Shown here: positions 24,269 through 35,215 of the stretch, piece after piece
Layout of the letters: every line of letters begins with the position of its first letter
Position numbering within the stretch: the first letter of the stretch is position 1
Assembly: GCA_946965045.2 (NCBI GenBank)
Contig: OX337233.1
Coordinates: 2,294,001-2,358,000, forward strand
Length of the DNA: 64,000 bases
From: Epithemia pelagica
Taxonomy: Eukaryota > Protista > Bacillariophyta
Reading direction: 5' to 3'
Position numbers and translations under genes: made by a program
Notes under the pieces: generated by a model
What the model was told of the DNA's origin: nothing
The model's database searches: none
What the model saw: the letters and a program-made list of their open reading frames with translations, nothing else

Positions 24269-25333
24269 ATGCAACGATATTCTCGTTGCGCAGCAGCTGC
24301 CACCACCACTTTCTTGTGGGTTCTGTCGTCGGCTACTGGTAGATCTCGTCCTACAAGTTCGACGGTCACTGCCGCAGCCTGGACGTCCCCAAGGACGACC
24401 ACTTTTCGCCGTACGTTCACCTCGGTTCCAGCCAGACCGTCCAGTCGATTCCTCCAGAACGGGTGCCGCAGTATGACGACGACATCTACCAGTTGTTCCG
24501 CTTTGGACACTGCTGCTGCCATGGGTACGCCGGTTTCCATTCCTTCCCTGTCACCGCCGTGGTCAGTTCATCAATTTGGCTGTCTGCAAGACAATTATTG
24601 CTATTTGTTGCACAATTCTGCCACAGGAGAAACAGCAGTGATTGATACACCCCACGCCCCGACCATTGAGACACAACTGAAAGAACAAGATCAGCAACTC
24701 ACGCACATTTGGAATACTCATCATCATTGGGATCATACGGGTGGTAACAATGCCTTGATGCAAAGCCACCCCGATTGTAAAATCTATGGTCCAGGCCATG
24801 TGGAATCCATTCCTAATTTAACCGATTCCGTAAAAGGGGGTGATACGTTCACGTTTGGTGGCACAAAAGTCCAAGTATTGGATGTTGGTGGACACACCAA
24901 GGGACACATTGCTTATTATATGCCAGAGCTCCATCTGGTATTTGTCGGTGATGCTCTGTTTGTCTTGGGATGTGGCCGCATGTTTGAAGGGACACCCGAA
25001 CAATTTTGGACGTCTTTACAAACCTTGAGAAATTTACCCAAGGAAACGGTCGTTTACTGCGCACATGAGTATACCATGGCCAACGCCAAATTTGCCGTAT
25101 CCGTCGAACCATCCAATACAGCCTTGGTACAACGAACGGCAGAATTGCAAGCCTTGCGACAACAAACACCTCCACAACCTACGGTACCCACAACAATTGG
25201 TTGGGAAATTGAGACCAATCCGTTTTTGCGATGCGATGTGTCCATAGAATTGCAACGACAAGTCCACGCGACCGAGCAGGACACACCTGTCCACGTCTTT
25301 GCCAAAGTACGAGCCGCCAAAGATTCCTTTTGA
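24269..25333 (+). CDS. gloB: Hydroxyacylglutathione hydrolase (glyoxalase II) with organellar transit-like N-terminus
   Basis: DNYCYL, THHHWDHTGG, GHTKGH, GDALF..GCGR.FEG, YCAHEYT, ETNPFLR. ATG at 24269. Confidence 0.95.
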   Translation: MQRYSRCAAAATTTFLWVLSSATGRSRPTSSTVTAAAWTSPRTTTFRRTFTSVPARPSSRFLQNGCRSMTTTSTSCSALDTAAAMGTPVSIPSLSPPWSVHQFGCLQDNYCYLLHNSATGETAVIDTPHAPTIETQLKEQDQQLTHIWNTHHHWDHTGGNNALMQSHPDCKIYGPGHVESIPNLTDSVKGGDTFTFGGTKVQVLDVGGHTKGHIAYYMPELHLVFVGDALFVLGCGRMFEGTPEQFWTSLQTLRNLPKETVVYCAHEYTMANAKFAVSVEPSNTALVQRTAELQALRQQTPPQPTVPTTIGWEIETNPFLRCDVSIELQRQVHATEQDTPVHVFAKVRAAKDSF

Positions 25334-25382
25334 CGAAGAAACAGAAGAAAAATACAAATAAGAAAATAAAGACAAATAGGTT

Positions 25383-25857
25383 GAACTGATGGAGCTGTCT
25401 GAAAAGTAATCTTGTTGCTTTTCTGCTGATAAGAAAGTCATATTCTGATTCTTTCTTCTCTGACACAATCGAACGAATACGGACGACTGAGAGAAAACAC
25501 GTTACCACAGCGTTACTTCTTTTACCTCGCTAGAAAAGGACCTTGCAGCCACTGAATGAATGAACGAATGGACATGCAAATTGCAAACCAAATCGTCCTC
25601 ACGGGAGCATCTGGCTATATGGGCAAACATCTCTTGCATTCCTTCATGTCGTCTGAAGATACTGGTGGTACTGCCCCATCAATATCATGTATACCCTCTG
25701 TACCGGTCCATTCCAGAGTCCCAAGAATCAATCGTTGCCGTGGACAGCAAACGCAGTGGGACAATGATTACTGTGTTCTCACTGGACCTGCAAGACTCTG
25801 ACGCAGGGGATAGACGGCTTCGGAACGAGATGGGTCCTGTGCACCGCGTCCATGCTT
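25383..25857 (+). pseudogene. Truncated, frameshifted duplicate of the RmlD-like gene 5' end plus its upstream region
   Basis: Aligns by eye to 22474-22963 (~185 bp upstream plus ~100 codons). A 2-bp deletion at GCCCCAT(AT)CAAT shifts the frame; similarity ends after CATGCTT. Confidence 0.9.
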
Positions 25858-26131
25858 AGAAATTCTTGACGGGATGCTCTGATACAAAATGGGTTGGTTG
25901 TCATCAGGTTCTTCGCATGTCGACATGCGTTGAGCACATGGTGAGAATTCTGCTCTTTAATTTCCGTAACACTTTTCTCCATGCGTAAATGGAAGTGTCA
26001 AAATAGCAATACAGTGTGGCCGTTCACACAACCCCAAGTTCCGAAAACTACAATATTGGCAGGCCACGAGAAAAACACCGGGGGACCAACGGAAGGACGC
26101 CAAGCGTTGGCACCTCATCTGTTTCGGGTTT

Positions 26132-26488
26132 TTAGCGTTGTTGATTTGGTTTCAGCCCTAAAGGCGATGGACGTGTTTTTGCCCAGTCGGGATGCAAAAT
26201 CATGCTGTCCAAAACACAGCCATTAATGTTTTCCATAGCCGCCACTGCATCCTCGTACCATCGGAACACGACGAATGCCATGCCCCGACTATGGCCCTCT
26301 TGTGTTCGAAGAATGTGAACATATTTGACCCGAAACCCTCGCTCCCTCAGAAATGCCTTCAACCCTGCCTCCGTGGTGACTGGAGAGATGTAGAGAAAAA
26401 TCTTCTTTGGGAACTTGTTCTGGGGGGTTGTTGATGCCGTTGTCGCGGACGCAGTGGTAACTGTGGAGACTGATTTGTTGGATGACAT
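26132..26488 (-). CDS. Small single-RRM protein (eIF3g-RRM-like)
   Basis: RNP1 SRGMAFVVF, EDAVAAMENINGCVLDSMILHPDWAK. First ATG at 26488. Confidence 0.65.
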   Translation of the reverse strand: MSSNKSVSTVTTASATTASTTPQNKFPKKIFLYISPVTTEAGLKAFLRERGFRVKYVHILRTQEGHSRGMAFVVFRWYEDAVAAMENINGCVLDSMILHPDWAKTRPSPLGLKPNQQR

Positions 26489-26853
26489 GATTGGTGCGTC
26501 CAGATGTTGAGTTATGAGAGAAGATTTGGACAATCGGAAAATAGGATGGAAGGTATTAAAGCTCATGCACGTTTCGAATGGGTTTGACTCACGACTGACG
26601 ACCCACCACGAAAATTTCCTTAATCAACGCGTAGAGCCTGTGTCTCAGCACGAACAATCTTCAAGATTTCAAAACTTACCATCTTTACATGCAGATGGGA
26701 AGTTATATTGTTGGAAACAACAGAGCAGCTGATAGGAGAGGCCTCAACTTCGTGGGACTAGATTTTGAAACATGTTTGGAGCTCACAAGATGCCAACGAA
26801 ACTCGCATCTTGGTTGCGGTGGTCTATGGATGGCAAATGTTTCAAAGAGTCGT

Positions 26854-29541
26854 TCATGCCGTGATTTGGAGCTGACGTCCCAACGATCGCTTCAAAAACA
26901 GCTCCAACTCCAACTCTGAGTGAAAGTCCACTTTGCGGAACTGATCCGATGCAGAATCCATATTGCTATGGTCTTGCTGATGGTTCTTGGTGGTCCCATC
27001 CGACGACGACACGGCTTGTGTCGGTTCAAAAGTTGTCACTGTCAATCGATCTCCCGACAAATGCACGTCCATGTACCACTTGGTTCGTTTGAGAAAGGTG
27101 GTAAAATGTGCATGTGGATCCAAAGCGGACAAGGATAACCACTCGGTTTGCAACTGCCTTATAGGTGGTTGCGGTCCCACGGTCCCCAATCGCTGCTGTT
27201 CTCGTTCGGATACCCACAACTGCACTGCCTTTAATGTGGAACGCACCCGTCGTTCCATGAGCATTTTGGAGCCAAGACAAATGCAGTTTTGCAAAATTCT
27301 CGGAGAGGTTTCTTCTCGTTCTTTACGTTTCAATGCAAAGGCCGAAGCTGGTTGAGCCGCCTTTTCCTCTTGCTCTTGTTTGCGAATTTTGTCCTGCTGC
27401 AATGAATGGGAATGGTAGATTTCTTGTGCATATAGCATCAGGGAACGACACAAGGCCAAGAGCTGTAATCGTCTTCGATCATGGTTAGAATCTTTCATAG
27501 AGGCAGTGTCTGCTCCTGTATCGCACAATGGCTTGGTCGATTCGGGAGTTGGAGACGACGACGAATGAGAAGCAGTCGTATTGGCTTCGACAAGCTTGAT
27601 TCGTAAGGTAAATTCACAGTCCAGTTGCACCATGACCTCTCCTTCATGACAATGAACGACCGAGACGGGCTGTCCTAGACCCAAATCTCCCTTGACCATG
27701 GATCCAGGCGGTGGCAAGAATTGTTGCTCATTTTTACTCCACGTCCACACGGTGGATCGTTCCGACTGCGAGGCTGTCGTGCGGACTTGTCCCACTTCTT
27801 CGGTATCGGACGCCACCTCTCTTCGAATGGAATCAAACATTTTGGAACAAAACAAGGAATGTTGCAGTGCCACCAATACTTGACTGTCGTCGGCCGGGTC
27901 GTCTTGGGAACTCTTCTTCTTGTGGAGGTTCGTGGCCACAACAAAGGGTTCCAAACAGGCACTGGTACACAATCCAATCGACGGTTTTTCAATGGCAAAT
28001 TCCAATGTGAGCATGGCCACCATGGATGGATCAAAATCGGCATCAATTTTGCCCAAGGTTGGATCAGCAATGGCAAACGGTTCGGCGCGTGTCCACAGGG
28101 CATTTTCACTGTAGTCATTCTGATCCATGGAACTTGTCGTGGTCTCGGTAATTTCTGCCTTTGTTTCCTTTTCTTTCTCGATTGTAGTATCCACCTCGGT
28201 CATGGTGATATCGAGTGCAGTCTCGTTTCGTTGACTGTTGCTGTTTGTCGCGTCCATTTCCACGCCATGCTCTTTTCCAGTCTTGAGTTTCTTGTTCGTT
28301 TTCTTCTGTTCGCCATGCTTTTGTTGCCATTGCACAACATCGTGTTCCACCTGGTAATTGGCCTTGAGTTCGACCGTGGCGTACCGCGGCACTCGTCGGG
28401 CCAATCGTCCGGGTTGCGAGGAATGGTACAAATCGACATCGGCCGCCAAGACTTCGGTGGGCCGGGCGGCATGGGGTGCGGCACGAGTTCCATGTTCCGG
28501 TGCCACCAATCGCCAATGGGGACGCAACTGTCGCAATCGATTCAGGGGACGTTGTTCGGCCACCAGGGCCATTTGCAACCGTTCCTGGTGTTGTTGAAAT
28601 TGCAGCGCAGATTGACGGAATTGGGCATGTTTGCGTTTCAAAATGTACAGAGCCGCAATGCGTTGACTGTGATGCATGTCGCTCTTGGAGGCGGCTGTAG
28701 TACTACTACTAGTAGCAGTACTGGTGTTGTTGGTGTTGTTTGTGGGAGCCGTTGCTGCCGCAGTGCTGGTAGCACCCGAGGTGGAGGATGTGGTTTGGGA
28801 CGACGCGGCTGGTCCAGTGCCACCGGTAGTAGTAGTAGTAGTATCCCCCGTCTTTTCGGGTGTCTCGGATTCGACGGCCTTGGCGGCGGCAACCGAGGCA
28901 GCCGCAGCCGCTTCGGTCATGGCCAATTCCAACGCCGAGTCGGCGACAATGTTGGACAAGCCAAAGTATTCTCCCGACTGTACAAGTGTGGCGAGATTAA
29001 TGGAACGATTCAGTTCGTTAATGCCATCATTTTGCAACCGAGCCGAGGCCAACACCAAGGGATGAACTTGCAGTGCTTTGTCATCCTTGTCGTCGTCGTT
29101 CGTTTGGTCGGCAGCAGCGGTAGGACCATTGTCCTCCTTGTCGTCCCCAGCGTTGGTCAGACCTTGTAGGGACGCAGTCTTGTCGTCGTTGTTGTCCGTT
29201 TGGTCCTTGTCATTTTGGTTGTCGTCGTCGTCGTTGGTGGTGGACTGCTGCAAATATTCTTGCAAGAGACCATGCCGTGCAATGGATCGTTCCATAAATC
29301 GACGACGTTCCAAGGGCGATGGATCCGGTAAAATGACAAATCGACCATCTTGTAAAATATGGGAGGGTGCTTGCGATACAGTGACATGCTGCTGCTGCGC
29401 ATCATTCGCACGAGTCTTGGCCGCAGCCGTATCTACCGCGTGGGAGGAGGGGGCTGTCGTGGTATCTTTGGTAGGGTGTGGTGGATGGAGAGGAGTGTTG
29501 TTGGAGGAGGACGATGTTGTTGCGGCATCGGCAGGCACCAT
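26854..29541 (-). CDS. MED17: Mediator subunit MED17-like protein
   Basis: Motifs LNRLRQLRPHWRL and LVALQHSLFCSKMFDSIRREV resemble MED17 ([31 protein letters not shown], recalled). Low-complexity inserts; ATG at 29541. Confidence 0.6.
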   Translation of the reverse strand: MVPADAATTSSSSNNTPLHPPHPTKDTTTAPSSHAVDTAAAKTRANDAQQQHVTVSQAPSHILQDGRFVILPDPSPLERRRFMERSIARHGLLQEYLQQSTTNDDDDNQNDKDQTDNNDDKTASLQGLTNAGDDKEDNGPTAAADQTNDDDKDDKALQVHPLVLASARLQNDGINELNRSINLATLVQSGEYFGLSNIVADSALELAMTEAAAAASVAAAKAVESETPEKTGDTTTTTTGGTGPAASSQTTSSTSGATSTAAATAPTNNTNNTSTATSSSTTAASKSDMHHSQRIAALYILKRKHAQFRQSALQFQQHQERLQMALVAEQRPLNRLRQLRPHWRLVAPEHGTRAAPHAARPTEVLAADVDLYHSSQPGRLARRVPRYATVELKANYQVEHDVVQWQQKHGEQKKTNKKLKTGKEHGVEMDATNSNSQRNETALDITMTEVDTTIEKEKETKAEITETTTSSMDQNDYSENALWTRAEPFAIADPTLGKIDADFDPSMVAMLTLEFAIEKPSIGLCTSACLEPFVVATNLHKKKSSQDDPADDSQVLVALQHSLFCSKMFDSIRREVASDTEEVGQVRTTASQSERSTVWTWSKNEQQFLPPPGSMVKGDLGLGQPVSVVHCHEGEVMVQLDCEFTLRIKLVEANTTASHSSSSPTPESTKPLCDTGADTASMKDSNHDRRRLQLLALCRSLMLYAQEIYHSHSLQQDKIRKQEQEEKAAQPASAFALKRKEREETSPRILQNCICLGSKMLMERRVRSTLKAVQLWVSEREQQRLGTVGPQPPIRQLQTEWLSLSALDPHAHFTTFLKRTKWYMDVHLSGDRLTVTTFEPTQAVSSSDGTTKNHQQDHSNMDSASDQFRKVDFHSELELELFLKRSLGRQLQITA

Positions 29542-30158
29542 GAATGAATGAGACACGACAAATGAGCAACACACGACAGGTACGGCCAGTCTTTGGTCGA
29601 CGACAACGAACCGACTTTCAAGGAAGGGATACACCAACAACGAAAAGGAAGAAGACAAGGCAAAAACTGATTCTTCCTTTTGATGATGAGTGGTGGCAGT
29701 GGTGGCAAAAGCGTGAGGGACGTGCGGGTTTGAAGGGATGAGCTTTTTTCTGGTGGAAAAAAGGAGCAAAATACAAAAAGAAAAAAGAAAAAATCGGGAA
29801 ATGTCAGCGACCGTCATTTTTCACCGCACCCAATCAAAAATCCCGAAACTGCCGATAAGAGGGAACGGTTGCCTTTTTCGTCCACGATGACAATAAGGAC
29901 GACGACAACAAAGTGTCCATTGTTATTGAAGTCAAGACAACAAGAAGCGAGTCTCCACCACAGACCAAAAGCCTCTTGTGTTGTTTCTTGTCGGTGGATT
30001 CATTATTTGAGAGACAGTGTTGCTTGCAAAACACGGGAACAACAACGCCGTCTAATTTGCTGCACTTCCAATCACCCGTGTGCCTCAGGGAGAATTGCAT
30101 TAGATTTGCCGGAACACACCCACCATCACCACTCCGTGCACTCTGTCATTACACCATC

Positions 30159-31604
30159 ATGTCCAGTGCCGCCGAAGCTGCCGTCAAAAAGCTGGCCCGT
30201 CAGGGTGGCAATACGACCTGTCCCAATTGTGGGACGACCAAAAAGTTTGGCTTTTCCACCGTGTGTATGAAATACTTGACCTTTGTGTGCAATCATTGCA
30301 AATCGTCTCATCAAGCCATTTCCCATCGATGCAAAAGCTTGACCATGAGTTCTTGGACGGAGGGGGAAGTCTTGCAACTCAAACAGGCGGGCAACGACGT
30401 GGCGCGAGCCACGTGGTTGGCCAAGGCACCACCCATTGGAACCAATGGACGACCCAAAGAAGGAGACTCGATTGATATTTTCAAATCCTTTATTGTGCAA
30501 GCCTATGAGCGAAAACGATACTACAGTGAACCCAGTGCTGCTCCACCACCACCACCATCAGCAGCAGTGTCCACCCAACAACCCAGTCGGCATTCGGCAC
30601 CACGCGCAGCCGCAGTGGCTCCGGCTCCTCCCGCACCAGCGGCTGCCTCATCGGTGGACTTGTTTTCCTTTGACAGTACGACCAATGCTACTGCTCCGAC
30701 GATGACGACGACTGCTTCCACCGACATGTTTGCTCCCACATCAACAACCAATGATCCCTTTGCCGCGTCATCGACCACAACGACAACCACAGACACCACT
30801 CCGACCAGTGCCTTTGCGAATTTTGACCCTCCCACTGCTACCACTACTACGGACACGCCGCCGACAACGACAGACCACTCCTTTGCGACCAATTTTGAGG
30901 CACCGGCTGCTCCTGCTGCTCCAGTGTCTTTTGATCCCTTCACGACCGGTGCCGCTCCTGCAGCAGGCCCATCGACCACCACCACCTTTGCCGACTTTAG
31001 CATGTCGTCGTCCGCATCTGCCACCACAACGCCTGCACCAACTGCAGCCTCCAAGAGACCCATTATGAATTCCGCCATTGACTCGGCGCATGGTACCATG
31101 ATTTCCAACATGGGCGGCAGCAACAATTCCTCCAATATGATGATGATGAATCCACTACAACAGCAGCAACAACAAATGAAACTCTTGCAACAACAACAAA
31201 TGCAACAACAACTTCAACAACAGCAAATGATGATTTTCATGTCCATGCAAAACAACCCAACAAACAACAACAGCAACAACATGATGATGATGGGCAACAA
31301 CAATGGTATGAACCCCATGGCCAATGGCATGTCGAATGGCATGATGAATCCAATGAACAATGGGAATGCCATGATGATGGGAAACAACCACCAGACCACC
31401 ACCATGCCATCCATGGGTTCATCGTCGACCATGAATCATTCGTCTCCCATGATGACTCCACCACCACCACAACAACCCATGAATTTTATGGGAGGCTCCA
31501 CCAATTCCATTTCCTCCAATTTTGGTGGTGGTGGTGCTATGGCTTCCTCGCAACAACGTCCCGCACCCGACAAGCGAGATCCCTTTGCAGATCTCAAGTT
31601 TTAA
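30159..31604 (+). CDS. ArfGAP-domain protein (AGFG/NIG-like) with DPF motifs and Q/M/N-rich tail
   Basis: CPNC-x19-CNHC zinc finger, HRCKSLTMSSWT, YERKRY; DPF and FxxF motifs. ATG at 30159. Confidence 0.9.
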   Translation: MSSAAEAAVKKLARQGGNTTCPNCGTTKKFGFSTVCMKYLTFVCNHCKSSHQAISHRCKSLTMSSWTEGEVLQLKQAGNDVARATWLAKAPPIGTNGRPKEGDSIDIFKSFIVQAYERKRYYSEPSAAPPPPPSAAVSTQQPSRHSAPRAAAVAPAPPAPAAASSVDLFSFDSTTNATAPTMTTTASTDMFAPTSTTNDPFAASSTTTTTTDTTPTSAFANFDPPTATTTTDTPPTTTDHSFATNFEAPAAPAAPVSFDPFTTGAAPAAGPSTTTTFADFSMSSSASATTTPAPTAASKRPIMNSAIDSAHGTMISNMGGSNNSSNMMMMNPLQQQQQQMKLLQQQQMQQQLQQQQMMIFMSMQNNPTNNNSNNMMMMGNNNGMNPMANGMSNGMMNPMNNGNAMMMGNNHQTTTMPSMGSSSTMNHSSPMMTPPPPQQPMNFMGGSTNSISSNFGGGGAMASSQQRPAPDKRDPFADLKF

Positions 31605-31813
31605 GAGGGATCAGCAATGGGAATGGTTGGGTCAAACACGCATACACACAGTCCAACAAAGATGGATACAGTGTTCCAAAGAACAAACGCAATGGCCCGT
31701 CTTTGCTCCTGCAAACGCTTGTTTATACATGGCTCACTTCTAACGATACTCTGCTAGTTGTACGACTACTATACTCACCTGCTTTTACTATATTATCCAG
31801 TGCTGTGTGATTC

Positions 31814-32560
31814 TTACGTGGCTAGCTTTTGTGCCACGACGAGAAAGTTGTCGTACGCTTGACTGGTTGTTTGGAGTTCATTGAGAATGTACACTTGCGC
31901 CACCGTAATGGCTCCCATTTCCCCTCGTAATCCTTGTCCAATCATAATGTCGCATTCACTAAAGCCAACCAAGACGTCACTCAAGGCATTTTCCAACAAG
32001 AGTTCCTTCATTTGTCGAATGGCCAAGGGATCTTGGAGTGTCATGGACAGTGACATGGCGGTTTCAATCACCAATCGACCAGCCGTCGATAAGCGAGGAA
32101 TGAGATTCAACAATTTCATACCACCCTCCTCCAAACGTCCCGCTTGCACGACCTCCATGATATCATTGGTGGCCAGTCGTTGCGTATTTAACACTTGGAC
32201 TGCTTCGTCATAGGATCTTGGAATTCCAATGCCGCCATTCGTCGAGACGGTTGTTTTGCTTGGAGGATTGTCCATGGGCAAGGGGACTTTGAAAACTCCA
32301 ATACATTCTCTGGACGTATCACCAGGAAGGCAAGCCGCGTGTGCTGCTGAACCGGGACGACTCCAAAGGACGGCACCACCAAACATGGCCTGGAGCGTTT
32401 TGAGACCCATGGAACGTCTCGTTTCTTCAATTTTTGTGGGTGGTCGCTGTTGTTGTGGTGGTGATCGTGGTGGTCTTGGAAGATTCAAACTGCAGGAATC
32501 CTCCATTCCAAGCGACCAGATGATAGTGAACAGGACAATCACAACTTGGGACCGGAACAT
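31814..32560 (-). CDS. Putative plastid thylakoid-lumen protein of unknown function
   Basis: Signal peptide, then twin-Arg TRRSM..AAHA|ACLPGDTSRECIG typical of a Tat lumen-transfer domain; helical C-terminus. Confidence 0.65.
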   Translation of the reverse strand: MFRSQVVIVLFTIIWSLGMEDSCSLNLPRPPRSPPQQQRPPTKIEETRRSMGLKTLQAMFGGAVLWSRPGSAAHAACLPGDTSRECIGVFKVPLPMDNPPSKTTVSTNGGIGIPRSYDEAVQVLNTQRLATNDIMEVVQAGRLEEGGMKLLNLIPRLSTAGRLVIETAMSLSMTLQDPLAIRQMKELLLENALSDVLVGFSECDIMIGQGLRGEMGAITVAQVYILNELQTTSQAYDNFLVVAQKLAT

Positions 32561-32937
32561 GTTGTCTGGCAAATTCCCAAATTATTAGGATGTGTTTGTC
32601 CTGCCAAAATCGACGATGATAAAAGAAACAAGAGAATTCAATAGCGCTCCTTTTCTACTTGATCTTGTCGTCACTCTCCTTGACCGAGATAGAATGGGTG
32701 TTGTGGTTCTTGTGTTTGTCGCTTGCTATGACCGTCCGCTGTCACTGCCATCGACCATGGTTCTGTTCCAATCTTTTCTGTCCGAGCGGCAGCAGGTTCC
32801 GAGTTCCTTGTGGAAGCGCATGCCGCACGCATGACAGCCACGCGCCCACGAGCGAGCACGCGTACGGGAGTCGCAGTCACGAATGACGTGTTGGAAGCAA
32901 TCTTTGCGCGATCTCCGATCCTAACAGTACCTACCTA

Positions 32938-33371
32938 CCGTATTTTCCGGATTCCTGGACCCCCGGAATGTACATGATTCAGGGCGGGGGGTCCAGGACT
33001 CCGGCAATTTTGGAAATTTTTTTTAAGATTCCATTCACACAGTACAATTGACTTTATAGTAAAGTTCATGTTCAACATCGGGGTTGTAGAGAAGGGTTGG
33101 TCGCACTAATCCAGTTAGGGGAAAGACCGCGCTTCCAAACGTAGCCTTAACCCTAATAACAATACCCATCATGCTGTATCTCTTGTTTCTCCTCTTCGAT
33201 TCACTCCCATCTAATGTCAGGCAGTTCGATGGAAAGCTTGGAACGTGAGGAATGTGGGGGTAACCCTAAAACCTGGAAAGAACCTAGTGATATAAAGTTA
33301 GGGGGCCATGTACGTTTAAGGGGGGAGGGGGGTCCAGGACTATAGGGGAACCAGGAATCCGGAAAATACGG
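32938..33371. mobile_element. MITE, Tc1/mariner superfamily (pogo/Tc2-like ends)
   Basis: Perfect 21-bp TIR CCGTATTTTCCGGATTCCTGG (32938-32958 / 33351-33371), TA on both flanks, subterminal CCTGGACCCC repeats, no coding capacity. Confidence 0.9.
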
Positions 33372-33402
33372 TAGTACGTACAGGTACAGATGATTCGTCA
33401 AG

Positions 33403-34398
33403 ATGATGTTCCATCGTTGCCGTGTCCCTCATGTGGTTGTTCAAACGGCTCTTTTACTATGCCTCTCCAAAGCATGGATCATTCCGCTGCCACCATGGCG
33501 TGGCCTACGTCAACTTGTTTCGGTAGGACCGTGGGGCGCCAAGATTGCCCAACGGGATGCACCACCCCTGGAGGAGGTGTTGTATTTGGAATACAACCCT
33601 GGAGCAATGGTCCCGACAACGAAACCAGTGTTGTCTCGGATTCATTACCAAAGGTTACCTCCGTGGAATACAACGACTCATTGTCGAGTGGTTGCCACCA
33701 GTGATACACACGACAAACATGGCGCCCTACCGGTGCCTGACTGTGACATTTTCATTCATTGCGGTGACATTCTATAGCGTTACGGATACATTGGAAACAT
33801 CGGAGGTGGTATGGTGATGTTACAAAACTTTGCACATTGGCTAGAAACCAAGACAGTGGCTCGCCACAAGATTGTAGTCGGTGGCAATCACGATATCTTT
33901 TTGGAAGATCTAGGTCCGGCCCAAGTGCAATCCATTCTGAGCAAGAACAAGAACAACAACAACAACAATGTCTCGATACACTACCTACACAATCAACCCG
34001 TGACTGTGGCAAACTTGACAATTTATGGATCGCCTTGGTCACCTTTGGGAACGACTGGAAACTCGGCGTTTCAGCGAGGAGAGGACGCTAGAGAATCGGC
34101 AAGAGATTGTGTGCAATCGACCCAAGGTATGGGAGACATTGACATTTTGGTGACGCACGCATCTTGCCCACAATGGAGGGACCAAGTAGTGTCGACAAAG
34201 GGAACCAAATTGTGGGTCCATGGTCACTGGCACGACGGTCAAGGCAAACCCGTCGTCCTTCCCACATCACGCAATGATTCGGGTCCTTGCATATCCATAA
34301 ACGTTGCCTTTAACGATATGATCTACCAACCCGTAAATCCTCCGATTGTCTACGATGTGCCAATTTCTTTCGTGGATCGGCAACATGACAAGAGGTAG
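33403..34398 (+). pseudogene. Calcineurin-like metallophosphoesterase (MPPED-like) with one in-frame TAG
   Basis: SDTH, HCGD, GGNHD, LVTH and HGHWH motifs lie in one frame. TAG at 33775-33777 separates ORFs 33403-33777 and 33811-34398 with no plausible intron. Confidence 0.8.
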
Positions 34399-35215
34399 GA
34401 GACTCTTCTTGGTTACAGGCACTTGTTGGCAGTGGGCATGTGAACTATGAAAGGAGCTTCCCTTGAGAAGAGAAGTGTGGTTGTGGACTTCATATTGCTG
34501 ACAAGGATTCTGCGATACATTTTCTAAGAAAGACACATTGAAAATGATGATGGCCATTTCCAAAACTCCTGCATGGAGAATTTGGTAGTACTAATATATG
34601 CTAGAAACCCGTTGTCGTTGCTCTCATGGTGAAGTCTGGTGGTCGAATGTCACGCGCTTCTCTGCGGGGTTTCCTATACATGTCACTAAAACACGGTGCC
34701 TAGCGCGGTACCTTGTCGGAGGACGCATAGTGCAGAAACTCTCTCGCAGTAGTTCCTGTCCGAGTACTCTGTGAGATTCTTTCACGTCTATCTACTTAGT
34801 ACATAGCCGCATTGAATGAACTCGAGAAACTTGGCGCCGCTTGTACTCGTTGAGCCTCTTGGGAAGATGCTGTACTCGATTATCCAGCGCACGAGCGTCT
34901 TGGCTAGAGAGTTCCGCCATCTGATCAATTGCAACAGACAATGGCATTTTGTTGAAGCGCAATGCATACATCGCCGTGCTTGCTCAAGAGGCCGGTCGCG
35001 TCGGTGCGCGTGCGACGCGTGCGACAGGCGACAGGGTTAACCATTGTTTTGCCAGATGCGCACGTAGGTGGCTCGTTTGATGGATGCTTGCCATTGCCGT
35101 CAATTCCAATCGGAGCTCTCTGCTCAATGGTCAAGCAATTGTAATCTTTATAATTTTAGAAAAGTATCCAGGAAGCTGTAGCTCTTGACTCGACAGTGCT
35201 GCATGTGTCAAAGTC

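Noticed and set aside
27721-29169. 482-aa plus-strand ORF
   Set aside because: Antisense shadow of the MED17-like gene with no recognisable domain; the same applies to most short overlapping ORFs in the track.
34560-35140. Short ORFs between the phosphoesterase and OPA3
   Set aside because: All under 75 aa, mutually overlapping, with no motif.
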